A stretch of DNA of 32,000 nucleotides from Candidatus Saccharimonadota bacterium (GCA_000503915.1 CP006915.1:780001-812000), one strand, 5' to 3'; positions 1 to 8,523 are shown, counted from the stretch's first letter. Translations and numbers: made by a program. The notes: generated from the sequence alone by a model not told the origin.

Positions 1-251
1 ATATTCTCAAGGATACTTAGAATTAATGGCGAACCAGCCGAGTGTCCAACCAATACTGTATCTTGATCAAATTGATGATTTTTTAGCACTTTTGGCAGAA
101 ACATGCCTATCTCTTTGTGATTTATCGTCGGATAATGCGGTACGCTCACTTTATAGCCACGATTCTCTAGTTCATTCTTTAACCATTCGTACCAGTAAAA
201 CTTATTGTCCGGTGAGCAGTCCGTTCCATGAAATATGATTGCGTTTTTCAT
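1..251 (-). CDS. alpha/beta-fold serine hydrolase (YdeN/RBBP9-like), N-terminal part only; gene runs off the window start
   Basis: Absent from the ORF track because it has no stop inside the window. Reverse-strand ATG at 251-249 with GGAGGTG about 10 nt upstream. Translation MKNAIIFHGTDCSPDNKFYWYEWLKNELENRGYKVSVPHYP...DTVLVGHSAGSPLILSILEN contains a GHSAG (GxSxG) nucleophile elbow. It replaces track ORFs 26..238(+) and 239..451(+). Confidence 0.6.
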   Translation of the reverse strand, partial: MKNAIIFHGTDCSPDNKFYWYEWLKNELENRGYKVSVPHYPTINHKEIGMFLPKVLKNHQFDQDTVLVGHSAGSPLILSILEN

Positions 252-394
252 TGAGATGTAACACCTCCATCGACGACAAGGCTATCCCCTATTACACCTT
301 CAGTAGTCGCAAAACACAAGAAGACTCCATACTTTTCTCTGATCGTAGCCAACGTTTTATCAACGTGCTCTCGAACTATTTTCTCGACGCTCAT
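248..394 (-). CDS. 48-codon ORF, possible relic of a short-chain dehydrogenase C-terminus
   Basis: MSVEKIVREHVDKTLATIREKYGVFLCFATTEGVIGDSLVVDGGVTSQ. The tail FL.F....G.I.G..LVVDGG resembles the conserved SDR C-terminal segment. Its stop overlaps the next ATG as ATGA (251-248). Below the track size cutoff. Confidence 0.3.
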   Translation of the reverse strand: MSVEKIVREHVDKTLATIREKYGVFLCFATTEGVIGDSLVVDGGVTSQ

Positions 395-481
395 AGCCCT
401 CGCCCCATATTGACATCTCGCGTAATTTTTGCTACTATTGTGAGTGAGTAAACACGAAAGACATCCGAAAAGTTCATTGCT

Positions 482-1006
482 TTAGGAGGTCTTTCTTTTT
501 TGTTTAATGAGTCGGCTTTTTATATCTGGACGGTCGAGAAAGTCATAGAATTCTGAACCTAGTTTCTTGTACAAGCTCGAGGCGTATTTTTTGCTCGGAT
601 GAAGAATTTTTAAAAACTTCTTCTCTTCAATAAGGAAGTCAACCAGCTGCCTGTAGTCACCATCGTTTGATACAAGTACCACTTTGCCGTCGAGCTCCTG
701 CTTATGCAGTCGCTTCATGATGTGAAATACTATATCTGTATCGACATTGCCCTTCTTATTGCTGAGCATAAACGAGTTGTGTTCTCGAAATATCAGCACA
801 AATCCCGCCTCTTGAATTTTGGTGTATAAACCCTCGAGGTCATTGATCGTATAGCCGAGGAAAAAATAGGCAGTTTCAATATGATATTTCTCACGGAGGT
901 AGCGTCGAAACTTTACAAAATCTATGTCCCACGGTTTTTCAGCTTTGGCCGTAGCCATATGCAGATTCTGCCCATCGATGAAGGCTGTGTTTGGCGTCGT
1001 ACTCAT
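482..1006 (-). CDS. NYN-domain (LabA/PIN-like) protein, putative ribonuclease
   Basis: 174 aa with FIDGQNL near the N-terminus, GNVDTDIV and LVSNDGDY acidic motifs typical of NYN/LabA-like domains. It starts 2 nt after the pheS stop, so same operon. Confidence 0.7.
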   Translation of the reverse strand: MSTTPNTAFIDGQNLHMATAKAEKPWDIDFVKFRRYLREKYHIETAYFFLGYTINDLEGLYTKIQEAGFVLIFREHNSFMLSNKKGNVDTDIVFHIMKRLHKQELDGKVVLVSNDGDYRQLVDFLIEEKKFLKILHPSKKYASSLYKKLGSEFYDFLDRPDIKSRLIKQKRKTS

Positions 1007-1008
1007 CG

Positions 1009-2049
1009 CTAGAACTGCCTTAGGAAGTCTAATTTTGCCGATTCAAAATGTCGGACGTCTTCGATACCATGTTTCATCATGACGAGGCGGTCGACACCGA
1101 CGCCCCAGGCGAAGCCGGTGTAAACTTCCGGATCAATACCGGCAGCTTTTAGCACATTCGGGTGGATCATACCGCAGCCGAGCAACTCAATCCAGCCTTC
1201 GTAGCTACAAACCTGACAGCCTTTTTGGTCGCAAAATGGGCACGACAGTGAGAACTCAAAACTCGGCTCGGTAAATGGGAAATAGTACGGGTTGATCTGA
1301 ACATCGAGTTCTTTTTCGTAGTAGCTTTCCAAAAACTCTTTCAGTGTCGCTACCAGCATACCGGCATGGACGCCTTTGGCAACATAGACACCCTCGCACT
1401 GATAGAAAGTATGTTCGTGCCTAGCGTCGAGGTCTTCGTTGCGAAACACACGATCGATCGATACGCCAGCGATAGCTTCGCCATTTTCAAGCTTTGGCTT
1501 CAGCTTGGTTAGAATACGATTCTGCATAGTGCTGGTGTGTGCCGGAGCGACCAGCGCCTCACCAGCCTTGTCGGTTTCTTCGGTCATGAATGTGTCATAG
1601 TCGTCGCGCGCCGGGTGACCTTTCGGGAAGTTCAATGTTTCGAACATATGGTACTGATCGTCGATCTCTCGCGATGAAAAATACGAAAAGCCCATGCGGT
1701 AAAAAATGTCGGCAATGTTTTGGATTTCAGCCGATATCGGGTGCACCGTCCCCTGTTCACTCGGTAGAAGCGACGGCAGACCGGCATTCATATCAAACGG
1801 CGCCGTCACATCGAGTGGTGGCAGCGCGCCCTCTTTGTCGTTTTCTGCCGCTACTTTTTCTTTTAGCTCACCAGCCAGCGCATTGATCGCTTGACCAAAT
1901 GCCGCTCGGTCGCCAGCTTCCAGCGAGGGTATCAAGCCAAATAGTTCTCTCAGCTCCGGAGCTTTCAAGATATCACCCTTGGCTTCAAGCGTTTCGTAAC
2001 GGCCGAGAAGTTTTTCACGAACCGCACTGATCTTATCTTGGTAATTCAT
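1009..2049 (-). CDS. pheS: phenylalanine--tRNA ligase alpha subunit
   Basis: 346 aa with class II aaRS motifs: FPKGHPARD, RVFRNEDLDARHEHTFYQCEG, GWIELLGCGMIHPNVL, GFAWGVGVDRL. Confidence 0.95.
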   Translation of the reverse strand: MNYQDKISAVREKLLGRYETLEAKGDILKAPELRELFGLIPSLEAGDRAAFGQAINALAGELKEKVAAENDKEGALPPLDVTAPFDMNAGLPSLLPSEQGTVHPISAEIQNIADIFYRMGFSYFSSREIDDQYHMFETLNFPKGHPARDDYDTFMTEETDKAGEALVAPAHTSTMQNRILTKLKPKLENGEAIAGVSIDRVFRNEDLDARHEHTFYQCEGVYVAKGVHAGMLVATLKEFLESYYEKELDVQINPYYFPFTEPSFEFSLSCPFCDQKGCQVCSYEGWIELLGCGMIHPNVLKAAGIDPEVYTGFAWGVGVDRLVMMKHGIEDVRHFESAKLDFLRQF

Positions 2050-2067
2050 CTATAAAAGAGTATAGCG

Positions 2068-2307
2068 TTAGCTGCCGCTCATCACAAGCCAGACACTGAT
2101 GACGATGACTGCTAGGAAGATCATAACCCACACCCACGCGAGGCTGGTCGTACGCTTGGTACCTTCTAAGTAGGCGGAATCCTCGACACCATCGTGACTT
2201 TTCTGCTCGGGCTCAAGCGCCTTTTTCTTTGCTTTTTCAGCGAGTTCCGCGGCGATCCGCTTTTGCAGCTCGGTCCGCTCATTCTGCTGGTTCATAAATA
2301 ATGCCAT
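2068..2307 (-). CDS. small tail-anchored membrane protein
   Basis: Track ORF 2068..2463 trimmed to MALFMNQQNER...; the C-terminal TM is LAWVWVMIFLAVIVISVWLVM. An extended -10 TGTTACAAT (2314-2322, minus) ends 6 nt before this ATG, giving leaderless geometry. The longer version would overlap the divergent gene at 2390. Confidence 0.5.
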   Translation of the reverse strand: MALFMNQQNERTELQKRIAAELAEKAKKKALEPEQKSHDGVEDSAYLEGTKRTTSLAWVWVMIFLAVIVISVWLVMSGS

Positions 2308-2313
2308 GTACCC

Positions 2314-2354
2314 ATTGTAACATTTTGTACGCCTAGGCAAGGCTGTGCTATACT
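2314..2354. promoter_or_regulatory. back-to-back divergent extended -10 promoters
   Basis: Minus strand TGTTACAAT (2322-2314) serves the 2307 gene. Plus strand TGCTATACT (2346-2354) sits upstream of SD TAAGGAGGG and ATG 2390. Confidence 0.55.
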
Positions 2355-2389
2355 GTAGCCATATTTCTATATAAGGAGGGAATATACCA

Positions 2390-3226
2390 ATGGCAACCAA
2401 AAAACCTGCATCGGCTGGAAAAAGGACCGCGTCTACGCCGCGTAAGTCTGCGACCGCCGCCAAAAAATCAACTACAAGAGTAACCTCACGAGCAGCTGCC
2501 GTATCACCACGCAGCTACTTCACAAGTGTCGGAAACTTTATGAAAGCTCCGCTCATGGCAGCATCAGCGGCTGAGTTCATCGGTACGTTCCTACTGGCCG
2601 CTATCGGCTTGATCGTCTGGAGCGCTGACCCGAACTACACGCTGTTTACGCTCATCCCGATCGTACTGCTTGTCGTCGCGCTGTCGGGTGCCCACCTGAA
2701 CCCAGTCGTTACGTTTGGTGCGTTGGCTACCCGCCGCGTTAACCTAACCCGCGCGAGCGCCTACATCGTTGCCCAAGTCCTGGGTGCGCTGCTGGCTTTC
2801 GCGATGATGACCGGCTTTATAAACGCGGTACCTGATACAGGTAACGGCCTCGCGCAGTCAACTCCAAGCCTCTTTACGGCCGCCGAGCTGCCAAAGAACA
2901 GCGAATGGCTACTTGTATCGACTGAATTAGTCGGTGCGATCATCTTTGCCTTTGCGGTCGCCGGTGCCCTAAAGCTTGGCAAGTCTGGCGTAACTTACGC
3001 ACTTACCTACGCTGGTGGACTCTATGTCGCTCTCATCCTGGTTCGTACGGTTGCTTCGTACGTCAGTGGTACAGCGATCCTGAACCCAGCTCTGGCTGCG
3101 CCATTCCAGGCACTCAGCTGGCAAGTCTGGCCAATCGTTATCTACGTCGTCGCTCCACTGGTTGGTGGTGTGATCGGCTTCGGTTTAAACGATCTGCTCC
3201 AGAAAAAAGAAGTTACCACTCGGTAA
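2390..3226 (+). CDS. MIP/aquaporin-family channel with basic N-terminal extension
   Basis: 278 aa. First box SGAHLNPVVTFG (NPV instead of NPA), second box GTAILNPALAAPF, six hydrophobic segments, FIGTFLL start of TM1. N-terminal 45 aa are K/R/S/T/A-rich. Confidence 0.85.
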   Translation: MATKKPASAGKRTASTPRKSATAAKKSTTRVTSRAAAVSPRSYFTSVGNFMKAPLMAASAAEFIGTFLLAAIGLIVWSADPNYTLFTLIPIVLLVVALSGAHLNPVVTFGALATRRVNLTRASAYIVAQVLGALLAFAMMTGFINAVPDTGNGLAQSTPSLFTAAELPKNSEWLLVSTELVGAIIFAFAVAGALKLGKSGVTYALTYAGGLYVALILVRTVASYVSGTAILNPALAAPFQALSWQVWPIVIYVVAPLVGGVIGFGLNDLLQKKEVTTR

Positions 3227-3240
3227 TTATCTTCCTACAG

Positions 3241-3277
3241 AAAATACTCCGCCCATACCGAGCGGAGTATTTTTTAT
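3241..3277. terminator. bidirectional intrinsic terminator between convergent genes
   Basis: AAAATACTCCGC(3241-3252)/GCGGAGTATTTT(3262-3273) perfect stem flanked by an A-run and a T-run. It overlaps the rmuC stop. Confidence 0.7.
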
Positions 3278-4344
3278 TCTTCGCGAGGCTTATCAAGCAG
3301 GAGCGGCTCGATTGATTCCGCGCTGCCAGCAATCTTCACCACATCCTTGTCAACTTTCGTTAGTTCTTTCTGCGCACTATTAAAGTGATTGACGGTGGAG
3401 CTGAGGCTTCCCCCTAACTTCACCAAGTACGTTTGGAAAGCATTCATATGCCTACCAAGTTGCTCAACATTCTTGCGGATGACCTCGGTGTCTTTTTGAA
3501 TCTCCAGGCTACTGAGCCCTTGAGAAATAATCTGTAGCATAGCAGACAGCGTACTTGGCCCGACGATCGTGACTCGTTTTTCTACCGCCGCATATTGCAT
3601 GAGGTCGCGACCATTCACGCCACCGGCACCGACTTTATTTGCCAGGAGGTCATAATAGATCGCTTCGGACGGAATAAACATCAATGCCTGCGCCAGTGTG
3701 CCTTTCTTGGCATTGATATACTTAGCCGTTTCGTCGATCCGCTTCTTCAAGTCATCCTTAAAGGCTTTTTCCAACGCCGGCCGCTCTGCCGGCTTGGCCT
3801 CCACGAGGCGATTGTAATTTTCGAGCGAAAACTTGGAGTCGATCGGCAGCAGCCTATCATCGAGATGGATCACTGCGTCAACCACCATGCCCTCACCCAG
3901 ACGATACTGCAGTTCAAAAGCACCCGGTGGCAGCATATTTTCAAGAATCTGCTTCAGATAGAATTCGCCAAGTACACCGCGCTGTTTTGGATTTGACAGT
4001 ACGTTTTGCAAGGTCTTAAGTTCATCTGCTACGTCGACGACGCGGCGATTCGTTTCATCAAGCTTTGCCAGCCGCTGCGTCACGTCGGCTACCAGCTTCG
4101 CGCTCTCCGACAACTGCTTCTGAACTGTCTGCTGGATAGAAGTATTATTACGCTCGAGCTTGTCACCCATCGCCTGCTGCAATTGTCCGATTGAGCGCGT
4201 CAGTTCTGTCACGTCACTTTTCATCAACTCCACGGCACTGGCGTTCTTTAGTTCTCTTAGGCGCTGGTTCATGAAAAATATTACCGCGCCGAAGCCGACC
4301 ACAACCACCACCAATACTACTATTACCGTAAGCGTCTCTGTCAT
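3274..4344 (-). CDS. rmuC: DNA recombination protein RmuC
   Basis: 356 aa: N-terminal TM, long coiled coil, then a C-terminal nuclease-like region with MFIPSEAIYYDLL typical of the RmuC family. Extended -10 TGTTATAAT (4351-4359, minus) ends 6 nt before the ATG. Confidence 0.85.
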   Translation of the reverse strand: MTETLTVIVVLVVVVVGFGAVIFFMNQRLRELKNASAVELMKSDVTELTRSIGQLQQAMGDKLERNNTSIQQTVQKQLSESAKLVADVTQRLAKLDETNRRVVDVADELKTLQNVLSNPKQRGVLGEFYLKQILENMLPPGAFELQYRLGEGMVVDAVIHLDDRLLPIDSKFSLENYNRLVEAKPAERPALEKAFKDDLKKRIDETAKYINAKKGTLAQALMFIPSEAIYYDLLANKVGAGGVNGRDLMQYAAVEKRVTIVGPSTLSAMLQIISQGLSSLEIQKDTEVIRKNVEQLGRHMNAFQTYLVKLGGSLSSTVNHFNSAQKELTKVDKDVVKIAGSAESIEPLLLDKPREE

Positions 4345-4350
4345 GTCTTG

Positions 4351-4378
4351 ATTATAACACTGGCGAGTCGAATGATGC
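4351..4378. repeat. direct repeat copy 1 (contains the rmuC extended -10 box)
   Basis: attataacactggcgagtcgaatgatgc matches 4509-4536 gttatagcactggcaaggcgaatcactgc at about 21 of 26 aligned bases. Confidence 0.6.
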
Positions 4379-4508
4379 GAAAGCTTGCTTTCATATCCGA
4401 GACAACCCAGTGTTACATCAGTCGAAGACTGATATAACGAAGCGAGCCGAGAGGAATAAGAACTTGGTCTTATTCCCGAGGCGACCTGGTGTTAGACTTC
4501 CGCGGAAG

Positions 4509-4536
4509 TTATAGCACTGGCAAGGCGAATCACTGC
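4509..4536. repeat. direct repeat copy 2 (promoter-like TGCTATAAC on minus strand)
   Basis: See copy 1. It lies directly after the stop of the 4536..5027 gene. Confidence 0.6.
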
Positions 4537-5027
4537 TAGACTGTTAGAACAATCCTGATCACCACCACCGCTAGCGTAACCATCACCAAACTCAGACCCA
4601 GACTAACGGGCTGGACAAGCCAGGCAAACAGCACATAGCCGATTCCAAACGCAAGCACCGAGATGATAAGCACCGCGAGCCACGGGAGGTTCATGAGTAC
4701 CAGAAAAATAGTCCAAAACGACAGGAAAATACCAAGCGTCGCAAGGAGCGGACGATAGACTCGTTGTCGTACCATTAGGATCAAGCCGAGCATTGAACCG
4801 AGTACTAGTGCTACGATACTGGCAAAATCGTCCTTACTTTCGCAGCGGGCAAGCGCCACGCTGTCGCGACACATGATCGGCTCAAACACAAACCGCTCAA
4901 GAAGCAGGTAGAGCATGTATGTTAGTACTCCGACCAAAATGCCAGTTAGAAAAACATTGAGCATTGACCGCCAACTCATCGTTGCCCAGGTGCCTAGTGG
5001 ATCACTTACTTCAACCACTTTTGCCAC
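4536..5027 (-). CDS. polytopic membrane protein, unknown function
   Basis: 163 aa with 4-5 hydrophobic segments. GTG start preceded by GGGAGAG SD. Confidence 0.6.
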   Translation of the reverse strand: MAKVVEVSDPLGTWATMSWRSMLNVFLTGILVGVLTYMLYLLLERFVFEPIMCRDSVALARCESKDDFASIVALVLGSMLGLILMVRQRVYRPLLATLGIFLSFWTIFLVLMNLPWLAVLIISVLAFGIGYVLFAWLVQPVSLGLSLVMVTLAVVVIRIVLTV

Positions 5028-5040
5028 GATATCTCTCCCG

Positions 5041-5568
5041 TTATTTGTGCCTTATTGTAGCATTGGTTTGCGGCCTTGACCAGTGTCTGATATGGCGTGG
5101 TTTTGGAGTACTGTCTCGTTGCAAGTACCACAGTGCGCCGAGGCTCGCGATTACGACACCCCCAAGTACATCAATTGGTGTGTGTACCAGCGCCAGTACC
5201 CGACCGACCGCTACAGTAGCGGTCAGGATTGCTAAGATGAGCGACAGCCACTTCATGCGCGTCTCAAACCAAACCGCCAGGGTGATAGTTGTACAAAAGA
5301 GAATATGGTCAGATGGGAATCCGGGGTTATTCAAAAATGAAGCGCCAGCAGCTAACCCCAATTGCTCAAACGGGCGTTCAAACTCGGGTTGATAGATCGA
5401 GCCGATGAGTTTGGCAAATACATACGCCGTCAGCCCCGCCATCAAAATGCGGCAATAGGCTCGGTAACGGCCATCTTTCGGAACACGAAATAGTAGCGCC
5501 CAACCACCCAGCAGCAGCACAGGAACCAAGAGGCCATCGGCCATAATCTTTACGAGCGTTTCGAGCAT
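5041..5568 (-). CDS. PAP2-superfamily phosphatase (membrane)
   Basis: 175 aa. PSDH (PSGH-like) and GRVLALVHTPIDVLGG (SRxxxxxHxxxD-like) acid-phosphatase motifs in a polytopic protein. TATAAT lies 8 nt upstream of the ATG. Confidence 0.7.
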   Translation of the reverse strand: MLETLVKIMADGLLVPVLLLGGWALLFRVPKDGRYRAYCRILMAGLTAYVFAKLIGSIYQPEFERPFEQLGLAAGASFLNNPGFPSDHILFCTTITLAVWFETRMKWLSLILAILTATVAVGRVLALVHTPIDVLGGVVIASLGALWYLQRDSTPKPRHIRHWSRPQTNATIRHK

Positions 5569-5639
5569 ATGGCTCTATTATACCTCAGGTGAGACAAGGC
5601 CGCCTACTAAAACCTCGAGTAAATTGCTACAATGAAAGC

Positions 5640-6200
5640 ATGACCTCATCAGACAAAAATCAGCCAGTTCACATTTCCAACTCAACGCTCAACAAACTCC
5701 GAGCCGCCGTCCTCGGCGCCAACGACGGCATCGTCTCTACTTCCAGCGTCGTTATGGGAGTCGCGGGTGCAACTAGCAGCAAAAGTGCTATTTTCACCGC
5801 CGGTTTGGCAGCTCTCGTCGCCGGTGCCCTCTCTATGGCGGTCGGTGAATACGTTTCGGTCGGCAGTCAGCGCGACGCCGAGGAAGTACGCGCCCGTAGA
5901 TTAAAGGAGACCACCGGCGACGACCTGAGCAGCCCCAGCCACGCGGCTATTGCTTCGTTTCTTGCCTTTAGCGTCGGAGGCGCAGTACCATTTCTCGCCG
6001 TCATCTTGGCACCCGGGTCCACCAGTATCCCCGTCACCGTGGTCGCTGTCTTTATCGCTCTACTAATCACCGGCTACCTCAGTGCGACTGTTGGTGGTGC
6101 TTCACGCATACGGGCAATGTCACGCGTCATTATTGGCGGACTGCTCGCTATGGCGATCACTTACTATATCGGTACGTTGTTCGGCGGTATCGTAGGATAG
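5640..6200 (+). CDS. VIT1/CCC1-family iron/manganese transporter
   Basis: LRAAVLGANDGIVSTSSVVMGVAGA and GALSMAVGEYVSVGSQRD are family hallmarks. Start moved from the track GTG 5589 to ATG 5640 because TGCTACAAT (5625-5633) ends 6 nt before it. Confidence 0.8.
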   Translation: MTSSDKNQPVHISNSTLNKLRAAVLGANDGIVSTSSVVMGVAGATSSKSAIFTAGLAALVAGALSMAVGEYVSVGSQRDAEEVRARRLKETTGDDLSSPSHAAIASFLAFSVGGAVPFLAVILAPGSTSIPVTVVAVFIALLITGYLSATVGGASRIRAMSRVIIGGLLAMAITYYIGTLFGGIVG

Positions 6201-6214
6201 TACACCCCAGCGTG

Positions 6215-7966
6215 TTACCAGCCACCACCGCCTCCGCCGCCACCACCGCCACCAGCCGAACCACCGCCGCCACTGCCGCCCGCGCTTGAACTACTTGCTG
6301 TCGTATAGCTGGCAGCCGTGGCAAAGTTGCTCATCGCTGTGCTGAACATCACTGCATTAAAGGCACCGCGCCCAGCGTACCAGTCCGGCTGCATTTTGGC
6401 AGACTCATAGTAGGCACCGATTTGCTTATTCCACTCCTTCTCCTCGCCGAATAGTACGGCGTACGGCAGGACTCGCTCGTAGAGTTTGATGAGCTGATGA
6501 GGATTTTTAGTATCGACAACCACGTCGAGTCGTGCCGCACCCTCTGGACTCTGCAGCAGTTTTAACCGCTCAGTTTCGGCCACTTTTATATACATCTTTA
6601 GTCCCTCTAGATATCGATATAGCACTAAGCCTTTGTCGGTCAGTGGATACAATGTTAAGCCGAGTATGAATGTGGTCGCGGCGGCAATCAATAACCCCGG
6701 TGATAGCGTGATGAGCGCCGCACCCAGCGTGATAAAGCCGACTCGATAAAACCAGGCTGATTTTGCCGTTACTTTAGCGCGCAGTTTGTAGCCCTCCCGT
6801 ACTTGCTGCTGCAAAATTTCCGCGTTGTTGCGCATATTTATTGCCACTTTGAAGTTACTGCGCAAACTTTCGAGCTCAAGACGAGTACCAACCGCCGTCT
6901 CACCGAAAATATCCTTTAATAGATCTTTTTCTTCCACTGATAAATCACCGATGTCTTTGGTTATTTCGAGCTCATATTTAGCCGGTCTAGCCCATTTTTT
7001 CTCCGCCGTCTGGTATATCTTGATATAGTGCCGCACCGCAAAGTCTAGCAGCTGTGCGGTGAATGTTGCTCTCGCCCCATGAGCAATAGCACTCGCTGCC
7101 GTCACGCTAATATCTTTGGGCGGCAGATACTCAGGGATGATTGTGCTTCGCTCCGCTACGCGGTTTGATTGACGATAATAGCGAATACCCCACCAGGTCA
7201 CAAGGCTAATCGCAAGGAACGTGGTGAGGATTGTCATAATCATCCAGACTGTAGCCAGCTGCTCCCAGAGTGATGGTTGATACGCGCTAAAGGTACTAGG
7301 CTTAAAGCCAACGGCCAGCGTGACGGTTTGGCCAGGGGTGAGATTCACGGCAGACGTCGATAAAACGCCGTTATCATTTTTTAGCCTACAGCGGTCAGTA
7401 GCTCCCGTCGCTCCTTGGTAACATGCCATGTCCCCCGTCAAGCGTGCGGCGATTATCCCATCTATCGACACCTGTACCGTGAGACGCTTAATTGGCACCG
7501 CCCATTGGTCGCCATTCACATCCCAGTAGAACTCATCACGTCCAGTATCGGCGAAATAGCGCGTCACATCTTGCTGCTGATACGCCAGTACATACGTCTT
7601 CACTCCGTGTACATACTTGTCGCCTTCACCGATTCGTACGACGAGATTGTCGTTTTGCTCTGAGGTCGAATACGGCAGCGTACTGCCATTTTCGTCCTTC
7701 ACGGATAATAGTCTTAGATTGGTTGTATGGCCGTCATAGCGTGTCGGGATCGCCCGCTCGAGGCCATGGCTTTGATTAGTCTGTGGAAACACCGCTGTGA
7801 TCGTTTCTTGCGTCGTCAGTATCGAGCGGTCATCGGCATTTTTACCGAGTTGAAACGTTATATCATAATCACTTATATAAAAGTTATTTACACCCGCGGA
7901 CACCGTCACCGGGACAAGCTGGAGCGCGATCACCGCTCCCAGCAGCGCAAAGAGAAATCGTTTCAT
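6215..7966 (-). CDS. DUF2207-family membrane protein with poly-glycine C-terminus
   Basis: 583 aa: signal peptide MKRFLFALLGAVIALQLVPVTVSA, extracytoplasmic N-domain, central TM segments, C-terminal SSSAGGSGGGGSAGGGGGGGGGGGW typical of DUF2207 proteins. Confidence 0.7.
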   Translation of the reverse strand: MKRFLFALLGAVIALQLVPVTVSAGVNNFYISDYDITFQLGKNADDRSILTTQETITAVFPQTNQSHGLERAIPTRYDGHTTNLRLLSVKDENGSTLPYSTSEQNDNLVVRIGEGDKYVHGVKTYVLAYQQQDVTRYFADTGRDEFYWDVNGDQWAVPIKRLTVQVSIDGIIAARLTGDMACYQGATGATDRCRLKNDNGVLSTSAVNLTPGQTVTLAVGFKPSTFSAYQPSLWEQLATVWMIMTILTTFLAISLVTWWGIRYYRQSNRVAERSTIIPEYLPPKDISVTAASAIAHGARATFTAQLLDFAVRHYIKIYQTAEKKWARPAKYELEITKDIGDLSVEEKDLLKDIFGETAVGTRLELESLRSNFKVAINMRNNAEILQQQVREGYKLRAKVTAKSAWFYRVGFITLGAALITLSPGLLIAAATTFILGLTLYPLTDKGLVLYRYLEGLKMYIKVAETERLKLLQSPEGAARLDVVVDTKNPHQLIKLYERVLPYAVLFGEEKEWNKQIGAYYESAKMQPDWYAGRGAFNAVMFSTAMSNFATAASYTTASSSSAGGSGGGGSAGGGGGGGGGGGW

Positions 7967-8024
7967 TGTACTTTTCAGTATAGTACACTACCTACGAATC
8001 GTCCTTAAATCGTGTTGACAGCGA

Positions 8025-8053
8025 TTGACATATATACTTTTTTAGTGTACAAT
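8025..8053 (+). promoter_or_regulatory. near-consensus sigma70-type promoter
   Basis: TTGACA (8025-8030), 17-nt spacer, TACAAT (8048-8053). A second TTGACA lies at 8015-8020. Predicted TSS about 8060. Confidence 0.65.
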
Positions 8054-8097
8054 ATACAGTTACCCGAGCACCTCGGGTTTCCTGGGAGGGAGATGAA

Positions 8098-8457
8098 ATG
8101 GCACTTCGCACGCGCATGGAGACAACCCTCCGTGCCGAGCTCGTTGGGCGCATCAGTGAAGAACTCGGCTTACCCAAAGCCGAGACGAGCGATTGGCTCG
8201 ACTGGTTGGAAGGCGTTGTCTGCGCTATCCGTGTCGACGACTACAATGGCTTTCCGGCAAGGGAAGCCCCCATCGACCGGTTCAACTTCTTCGCCGCGCT
8301 AACCCAAGATCCGGCGCCGAAGGCCGGAAGCGTTCACGAAGGTCTCGAGAAGTTGCTGCTCTCACGGAAAGCCCGTGAGAGCAGCCTCTACCTCGAGCAC
8401 GACCGAAGCCAGGGTGGACCGTGCATCTGCATCGGTATCCAACCCGGGCGATCCTGA
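8098..8457 (+). CDS. hypothetical protein, GC-rich, N-terminus faintly HU/IHF-like
   Basis: 119 aa with SD GGGAGGGAG. Strong codon periodicity by hand count: about 55 of 118 codons end in C and about 83 end in G or C. RAELVGRISEELGLPKAETSDWLDWLEGVV resembles the N-terminal helices of HU/IHF, but the beta-arm motif is absent. Several alternative-frame ORFs overlap because of the high GC. Confidence 0.5.
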   Translation: MALRTRMETTLRAELVGRISEELGLPKAETSDWLDWLEGVVCAIRVDDYNGFPAREAPIDRFNFFAALTQDPAPKAGSVHEGLEKLLLSRKARESSLYLEHDRSQGGPCICIGIQPGRS

Positions 8458-8523
8458 TGGGTGGGGGCAGCGACATCGCTAGCCCCCACCCCGATCAATT
8501 CATCTCCCTCAAACTTTACATAC

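Noticed and set aside
26-451. Track ORFs 26..238(+) and 239..451(+)
   Set aside because: The opposite strand encodes a convincing alpha/beta hydrolase N-terminus with SD and a GHSAG motif. The + strand products are low-complexity and have no start signals.
1590-1894. Track ORFs antisense to pheS (1590..1886, 1706..1894)
   Set aside because: They lie entirely inside the strongly supported pheS gene on the other strand, and their products are Ser/Arg/Pro-rich, typical of antisense frames.
3595-4351. Track ORFs antisense to rmuC (3595..3996, 4006..4194, 4160..4351)
   Set aside because: They are embedded in rmuC on the opposite strand and have no signals of their own.
6215-6300. GGN/CCN tandem repeat that could be mistaken for a non-coding microsatellite
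   Set aside because: It is the in-frame poly-glycine C-terminus of the DUF2207 protein, a known feature of that family.
7992-8476. Alternative-frame ORFs in the GC-rich islet (7992..8177-, 8012..8302+, 8193..8378+, 8282..8476-)
   Set aside because: These are open frames expected from high GC. Their products are Arg/Ser/Pro-rich, and only the 8098 frame has an SD and codon periodicity.
8060-8510. Large structured ncRNA (RNase P RNA, tmRNA or similar), suggested by GC-richness, ORFs in several frames, a P1-like 5'/3' pairing and many perfect hairpins
   Set aside because: I could not find RNase P conserved blocks (GAGGAAAGUCC / ACAGAAnCCGGCUUA) or tmRNA termini. The 8098 frame shows strong third-position C/G periodicity and a good SD, which argues for coding. 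The unusual structure is kept as a finding, not as an ncRNA call. An Rfam scan would settle it.
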